Shown piece by piece: positions 58,745 to 64,000 of a stretch of DNA of 64,000 nt. The first letter of the stretch is position 1. Each line of letters starts with the position of its first letter. A program made the translations under genes and the position numbers. The stretch covers positions 4,828 to 68,827 of the forward strand of contig JBFWXH010000027.1 in the NCBI GenBank assembly GCA_050187625.1, read 5' to 3'. Source of the stretch: Candidatus Binatia bacterium (GTDB taxonomy: Bacteria > Desulfobacterota > Binatia > Bin18). The notes below the pieces were generated by a model. That model ran no database searches. It was not told the DNA's origin and saw only the letters and a program-made list of their open reading frames with translations.

Positions 58745-59383
58745 TCATGGATGCGCCGCTCCTTGCCGTGCGAGGTCGGTAATCGTTGCCGTAATATCAC
58801 GACTGAGAGCGGCGACCGTGCGACTCATCGCCGCCGCCAGTGCAGCATAATCTGCCGACCCTGTCGATTCTGTAATGCGCGATTCTCGACTCACCAAGGA
58901 TTGCTTCCCGTCTTTGCCTAATACCCGCCACAAAGCGACCAACGACACCGTCCCATTGGGGACACCCAGAAAATGGGTCACTTCGACAACGACTTGGTAG
59001 TCGAGGGGTACCGCGCCTTTCCATGGAAACACGGCGACGCGCTCTGTAGCCAGCATTTGCGACAGGTTTTGCGCTAATACCCGAGTAAAATTTGTGTCCA
59101 ACGGCTCTGCCCACTGGTCGAAAGGAGCCTGTTGGAGTTCGTTACCACTTTCGCCTGTCACAATCTGTGGCCGGCTTAAGTATCGTGGGAGTTCCACTGG
59201 CCCCACGCCCACTGCTACGCCCGTGGGGCTTTTCCCACCGGAACCGCCAGTTAGTGGAGGGAGCGCCGTCAGCACATACAAGCGGGTCGGCGGCGGCGGT
59301 TTTCCCAGACTACACGCACTCAGAACAACAGCGCATAAGAACAGCGGAAGAAGACTGTTTACCTGCAGACGAACCGGATTCAT
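58745..59383 (-). CDS. pqiC: PqiC-family ABC auxiliary lipoprotein
   Basis: Lipobox LSAC; motifs VGPVELPRYLSRPQIV and WAEPL. Confidence 0.85.
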   Translation of the reverse strand: MNPVRLQVNSLLPLFLCAVVLSACSLGKPPPPTRLYVLTALPPLTGGSGGKSPTGVAVGVGPVELPRYLSRPQIVTGESGNELQQAPFDQWAEPLDTNFTRVLAQNLSQMLATERVAVFPWKGAVPLDYQVVVEVTHFLGVPNGTVSLVALWRVLGKDGKQSLVSRESRITESTGSADYAALAAAMSRTVAALSRDITATITDLARQGAAHP

Positions 59384-60405
59384 TGCGCCCCCGCTTCGCT
59401 TTTGCCAAAGAGGATGGCGTTTGGATTACGTTCTAGATAATCTGCCAGCACACGTAATGCCCGCGCGGCCTCCGATAGCTCGCGCAGCGTCTTCACCAGC
59501 TCGTACCCCACCGGTGAGGTCGGCGTCATCACGCCATTCACGCCTTTCAGGGTCTCTTGCGCATTCTCAAGCGCGATCCGCGCCGCCCCCATCGTCTCCG
59601 TCAGACTTCCTGTGAGTGTCGCCACTTGCCCATCCATGCTCCGCGCCAAATGCCCGACGTTGCCCATGGCATTGGTCACACTGCCCAGGGCTTCTGTTGC
59701 ACCGGTCGTTACAGGAACGAGCTGTGTGTTAAGATGGCGTACGAAGTCTTGAACCTCTGTCATCGTCACACTGAGACTCCGGACTGCGTCCTTTATTTCA
59801 GGGGCAGTCATCAATTGCTCGACGCTTTGTAGAGTCGTATTAATACGCGTAATAATTTGTTCGAGCGGTATATCTCCGAGCTTTTCCAACGCCTTGCGTA
59901 TGATTTGCTCCGCTTGTTGCATGGTAGTGGGAATAGTTGGAATCTCCGGTAATTGAGTCAAGGGGTCCACGACCAGCGTCTGTGCAGGCGCCTCGGGGTG
60001 AAAGTCAAATTGGATGAACAATTGCCCGGTCACCATGCTTTCTAATTGCAACTGCGCTCGCACCCCTTCTTCCACCAGTTTCTGCATCATCACCTCGGGG
60101 TCCGGTTCTTCCCCAACCCACTGTAACTTGTCGCCCACAATTTCCACAATGACGGGGATACGCACCTGCACGTTGTGGGTATCCAGCACTGCCCGAATCT
60201 CTGACACCGTGCCAATTTGTACGCCTCGAAAGTCCACAGATGCACCCGTCCGGAGGCCTTTAATATCGCCAGTAAAATACAGGACTGCTTGCCGGGTTTC
60301 AGTAAAGAATTTTCCTGAGCCAAAGACCAGAACACCCGCTACCAATAACACCAGGGCGCCCACGACGAAACCGCCAATCAGTGTCGGACTCGCTTGTTTG
60401 CTCAT
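59380..60405 (-). CDS. mlaD: MlaD/MCE-domain protein
   Basis: N-terminal TM; GLRTGASVDFRGVQIGTV; helical tail ending LERNPNAILFGK. Confidence 0.88.
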   Translation of the reverse strand: MSKQASPTLIGGFVVGALVLLVAGVLVFGSGKFFTETRQAVLYFTGDIKGLRTGASVDFRGVQIGTVSEIRAVLDTHNVQVRIPVIVEIVGDKLQWVGEEPDPEVMMQKLVEEGVRAQLQLESMVTGQLFIQFDFHPEAPAQTLVVDPLTQLPEIPTIPTTMQQAEQIIRKALEKLGDIPLEQIITRINTTLQSVEQLMTAPEIKDAVRSLSVTMTEVQDFVRHLNTQLVPVTTGATEALGSVTNAMGNVGHLARSMDGQVATLTGSLTETMGAARIALENAQETLKGVNGVMTPTSPVGYELVKTLRELSEAARALRVLADYLERNPNAILFGKSEAGAQ

Positions 60406-61184
60406 GCCTGCTCCTTTCCCCGGGTTAAAAACTGTCGCACTTTTATCTCTGGACACTCTGTAACAAGCATCTTCGGGTCCCCCTGGGCAATCATGGTCTT
60501 CGTGTCAGGATCCAGAAACACCGAGTTGGTCCCGATGGCAAAAATACTCGCCAGCTCATGCGTGACAATCACTACAGTCGCGCCCAAACTATCCCGCAGT
60601 TCCAAAATTAAGTCGTCCAACAGTTTCGAGCTGATGGGATCTAATCCCGCTGAGGGCTCATCAAAAAACAAGATTTCCGGATCCAACGCCATCGCCCGGG
60701 CTAACCCAGCCCGCTTCTGCATCCCGCCGCTAATCTCCGAGGGGTAATAGTCTTCAAACCCTGCCAGGCCTACCAACGCCAGCTTGAGGGAAGCGAGTTC
60801 ACGAATCTCGTGGGCGCTCAAGTCTGAATATTGTTCCAAGGGCAGCGCCACGTTTTCCGCCAGGGTGAGCGAGGTCCACAGGGCCCCCTTCTGATAGAGA
60901 ATGCCAAACCGTCGCATCAGCTGCTCACGCTCGTCAGGTTCAATCTGCCACAAGCTCTGGCCCTCAAACAGCACCTCGCCCGCGGCTGGCGCTTTCAACC
61001 CAATCAAGTGCTTCAACAGCGTACTTTTTCCGCACCCGCTACCTCCCATAATGATGAAAATATCCCCGCGGTGAATCGTGAACGTGAGGTCGCGCTGGAT
61101 GACAAAGCTGCCATAGGCCATGGTGAGATCCTGAATCAGCATATGGGCACTAGCCTGCCCGACCGGTTTCCGTGAGTCAGTCAT
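60402..61184 (-). CDS. mlaF: MlaF-type ABC ATPase
   Basis: Motifs GGSGCGKS, ISGGMQKRAGLARA and DEPSAGLDP. Confidence 0.92.
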   Translation of the reverse strand: MTDSRKPVGQASAHMLIQDLTMAYGSFVIQRDLTFTIHRGDIFIIMGGSGCGKSTLLKHLIGLKAPAAGEVLFEGQSLWQIEPDEREQLMRRFGILYQKGALWTSLTLAENVALPLEQYSDLSAHEIRELASLKLALVGLAGFEDYYPSEISGGMQKRAGLARAMALDPEILFFDEPSAGLDPISSKLLDDLILELRDSLGATVVIVTHELASIFAIGTNSVFLDPDTKTMIAQGDPKMLVTECPEIKVRQFLTRGKEQA

Positions 61185-61185
61185 G

Positions 61186-62340
61186 CTACACTCCCAGCAC
61201 TTCATAGATCACTGTCAACAATGCGTCCGTGACAATAATCCACACAATCGCCGTGACCACCGCCGAGGTCGCGGCCTCTCCCACTGCCGCCGCACTACGT
61301 CCGCTCTGCATGCCGCGCAGACACCCCGCCAGTGCCACGACAACCCCGAACACCGAGGCTTTAATCAATCCCAACCCAAACGTCGTCAGCGAGAGTGCAA
61401 CTTGGGTCTCCTGAAAGTACGGCACGATCCCCAAATCTAGCATACTCACGCCAATCAGCGCGCCACCTAGAATTCCCAGGAGATCCGCGTACAGGCAGAG
61501 CAACGGCACCATGATCATCAGTGCCAGCATGCGCGGGAGCACCAGAAACTCCATCGGCGGTAAGCCGGTGGTAGACAAAGCGTCAATCTCTTCATTGACC
61601 ATCATTGTGCCCAGCTGCGCGGCAAAGGCCGCTCCGGTGCGGCCAGCCATGACAATCCCGGTCATCATTGCGCCCATCTCTCGCGCCATGGCAATTCCCA
61701 CAAGATCAGCCACATAAATCTGGGCGCCAAACTGCCGCAATTGCACCGCTCCGACAAACGCGAGAATGAGTCCCACCAAAAAGCTGATAAGCGAGACAAT
61801 GGGTAGTGCTTGCGCGCCACATTCCTGCACGATCAAGAAAAAATCGGCGCGGCGAAACCGCGCCTGTCCACGCAGGAGCCGCCCAAAGGCGACCACTGCC
61901 TCTCCCAAAAACCTGAGCAATTCAGGCACGGCGGCCACATACGCCTGGGTTGCCTTCCCGACCCGTACCAGCCACGCTTCCTTCACAGTGGCGCGGCGCG
62001 CGCCTTGGCGTTCTGGCACAGCGGTCGTGAGACGCAATAAGCTTTGCACTCCCTGAGGCAAATTGGCGTATTCACAGGAAATGTTTGTCCGTGCTGCGAC
62101 TGTGCTCACCTGGGAGAGAAACATGAGTAACGTACTATCCCACGCCGTCAGCTCGCCGGCCTCAAAGGTCAGCCGTTTGACTGCCGCATGCGTCTGTAAC
62201 TCTCGCTCAAGGTCGCTCGTGGAGGCCCGTCTCGCCTGTAGAGTCCAACTCCCTGTGAGGTGGAGGCAGAGGGTCTCGGGCTGCGGAGAACTATAATGAA
62301 CTTCACCCCGTGGTCGTTGGGTTTCAGCTACGCTTGCCAC
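61186..62340 (-). CDS. mlaE: MlaE permease with an N-terminal STAS domain
   Basis: STAS motif WDS; permease motif REMGAMMTGIVMAGRTGAAFAAQLGTM..NEEIDAL. Confidence 0.9.
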   Translation of the reverse strand: MASVAETQRPRGEVHYSSPQPETLCLHLTGSWTLQARRASTSDLERELQTHAAVKRLTFEAGELTAWDSTLLMFLSQVSTVAARTNISCEYANLPQGVQSLLRLTTAVPERQGARRATVKEAWLVRVGKATQAYVAAVPELLRFLGEAVVAFGRLLRGQARFRRADFFLIVQECGAQALPIVSLISFLVGLILAFVGAVQLRQFGAQIYVADLVGIAMAREMGAMMTGIVMAGRTGAAFAAQLGTMMVNEEIDALSTTGLPPMEFLVLPRMLALMIMVPLLCLYADLLGILGGALIGVSMLDLGIVPYFQETQVALSLTTFGLGLIKASVFGVVVALAGCLRGMQSGRSAAAVGEAATSAVVTAIVWIIVTDALLTVIYEVLGV

Positions 62341-62419
62341 GTTCTCTCCCTTCTCTCCTGGGTGTCCAGCTGTCGGGGCAGTCGAGTAGAGTTCCTAAAA
62401 CCAGCATTCGTTAACGCCA

Positions 62420-62552
62420 TGTTTTGAATGGGAGTGGACCGCGACCCCACTGTCCAATTGATGAAGTACTCTTTCTGTAGTGTCGCCAATACGATACGCA
62501 ATCCAAGTGCTTTGTGTTCATCATCAAAGCCAATGACTGCCGCGTCGCTCCT
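62420..62552 (-). pseudogene. Possible remnant of a DUF1269-family gene 5' end
   Basis: SDAAVIGFDDEHKA....LATLQKEYFI resembles DUF1269 N-termini as I recall them. AGG stands where ATG is expected, and there is an apparent frameshift near 62457. Confidence 0.35.
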
Positions 62553-62947
62553 GTTGTTTTTCTTATAGAGAACCGCCGCAAGAGGAAGCCCTCCCCTACA
62601 ATAGAGAAAAAAGGGGAAGCGTGGGAGTGAAGGAAGGCAAAGCGGTTTGTGACGGGAACAGCCGCGTTGACAATCTACAAATTGAAACCACACAATGTCA
62701 AGCTTAGAATGCCAAACACGGTGAGCCCAAATAACTGTGCCCGATCACCTTATTCTGTAGCCGCTGCGCCAGTAGGGGCAGAATCTCTTCACTTCTCGCA
62801 CCGTACGTTGCCCAAGGGTTCTATGCGAGGTAGAAAACTTTCACCATAGACTGTGCTTGGGCACGGACGGGGATATCAGAGAGAAAAGAGCGAAGCAGGA
62901 AGTGAGAGCCCGCGCGCTCAGCGCCAGTGGCTCGGGTGTAACCAGCA

Positions 62948-63811
62948 ATGAGATGCTTTCTTGTCGTGCTCCTGACAACTGTACTGACAACATCATGTCG
63001 CATCGCGGGCATCCAACCCGTATCGCCGCTCGCGGTCGAGCAACGTTCGCTCCCGCACCGCTTCACCATCGTCAGTTGGAACGTGCAAAAGGAAAACGAC
63101 GAGCGGATGCAGGCGGACCTTTACGCCCTTCTTCGCCGACAGCGTCCTGAGTTGGTGTTTCTTCAGGAAGCCACGGCGGAGCTGTTAGACTTAACGCCCC
63201 TGCCAGGCCGCTTTGCTCCCAGTTGGCAATATCCGTTGCTCAGTGGGTCGGCGACTGGGGTAATGACCTTATCGCAGGTAGACCCTGTTCAGAGTGAGGC
63301 TGTACAGACGAGATGGAGAGAATTTTTTCTTGCTACCCCCAAGGTGGCTTTGGCCACGGTGTATCCCCTGCCCACTGGTGCCCGGTTGCTGGCCATCAAT
63401 GTCCATTGTCTGAATTTCGAACGCTGGGGAACATTTAAGCTCCGCGCTCAGCTCACCGCGCTCAAGAGGATAATGGAGAGACATACGGGACCGATCCTTC
63501 TGGGTGGTGATTTCAACACCTGGAATCAACGACGGCTCCGACTCGTAACAGCCTTGGCGCGAGAACTCAACCTCACAGAGGTCCGGGATTTTTCCGGCAC
63601 CCCAAAAACTGGGGATCGACAGTCAACAATTTTGAACTGGCTTCTGGGTATTGATCGAGATCTCCCGCTTGATCGCGTCTACTATCGTGGCTTATCTCCT
63701 CTCTCTGCTGCAGTATTCCCCGCCTCGTCTTCTGATCATAGCGCACTGCAGGTGACGTTTTCCGTGAACGGTGCGAGTGCGACAGATGTAGGAAGTATCC
63801 CAACCCCGTAG
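62948..63811 (+). CDS. Endonuclease/exonuclease/phosphatase-family protein (YafD-like), probable lipoprotein
   Basis: Motifs SWNVQK, LQEA, NVH, GDFNTW, LDRVYY and SDH; LTTSC lipobox-like. Confidence 0.88.
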   Translation: MRCFLVVLLTTVLTTSCRIAGIQPVSPLAVEQRSLPHRFTIVSWNVQKENDERMQADLYALLRRQRPELVFLQEATAELLDLTPLPGRFAPSWQYPLLSGSATGVMTLSQVDPVQSEAVQTRWREFFLATPKVALATVYPLPTGARLLAINVHCLNFERWGTFKLRAQLTALKRIMERHTGPILLGGDFNTWNQRRLRLVTALARELNLTEVRDFSGTPKTGDRQSTILNWLLGIDRDLPLDRVYYRGLSPLSAAVFPASSSDHSALQVTFSVNGASATDVGSIPTP

Positions 63812-63926
63812 GCTCTTCGTCTTGGTCTCCTTTCTGCACCCCTTTTGCATCTTTTGGGATCATGTTTGAGGTGAAAATGCGTCCTATGTTGATCGTCGTT
63901 AAAACCAACTCGGGAAGGAGGTTATT

Positions 63927-64000
63927 ATGAAAGGCATATTTACGTTTGTGAAAACAACCATCGTGGGAGGACTCGTGTTCCTGGTTCCTGTCGTCGTCCT
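63927..64000 (+). CDS. 5' end of a membrane protein, probably DUF502-like (3'-partial)
   Basis: AAGGAGG RBS, then MKGIFTFVKTTIVGGLVFLVPVVV running off the window edge. Confidence 0.55.
   Translation, partial: MKGIFTFVKTTIVGGLVFLVPVVV

Overview
Bacterial chromosome segment, probably from a deltaproteobacteria-like lineage. The gene content is consistent with Ca. Binatia, but this is inferred, not established. Left to right: (1) the 3' end of a Cys-rich tandem-repeat protein; (2) a complex I operon nuoA-C-D-E-H-J-K-L-M-N lacking nuoB/F/G/I; (3) the conserved block tRNA-Ser(GGA), SRP RNA, dnaX, ybaB, recR; (4) a tRNA-Asn(GUU) gene split inside its anticodon by a 249-nt group I intron; (5) an ion-transport/membrane cluster with a sigma54-type two-component system; (6) an OmpR-type two-component system and DegQ separated by a decayed vapBC module; (7) an alkylation-repair neighbourhood built around an ECF sigma factor and an unusual anti-sigma-Zn-finger/Ogt/Ada-Zn-finger fusion; (8) redox and catabolic enzymes behind a large NTPase regulator; (9) an Mla/Pqi-type ABC operon. 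No integrase, transposase, prophage or CRISPR array was seen. The best candidates for new biology are the ECF/anti-sigma-Ogt-Ada alkylation-sensing module and the tRNA-Asn intron, followed by the Cys-repeat protein and a RAPP-motif leader peptide. All family calls come from motif recognition by eye; no database searches were run.
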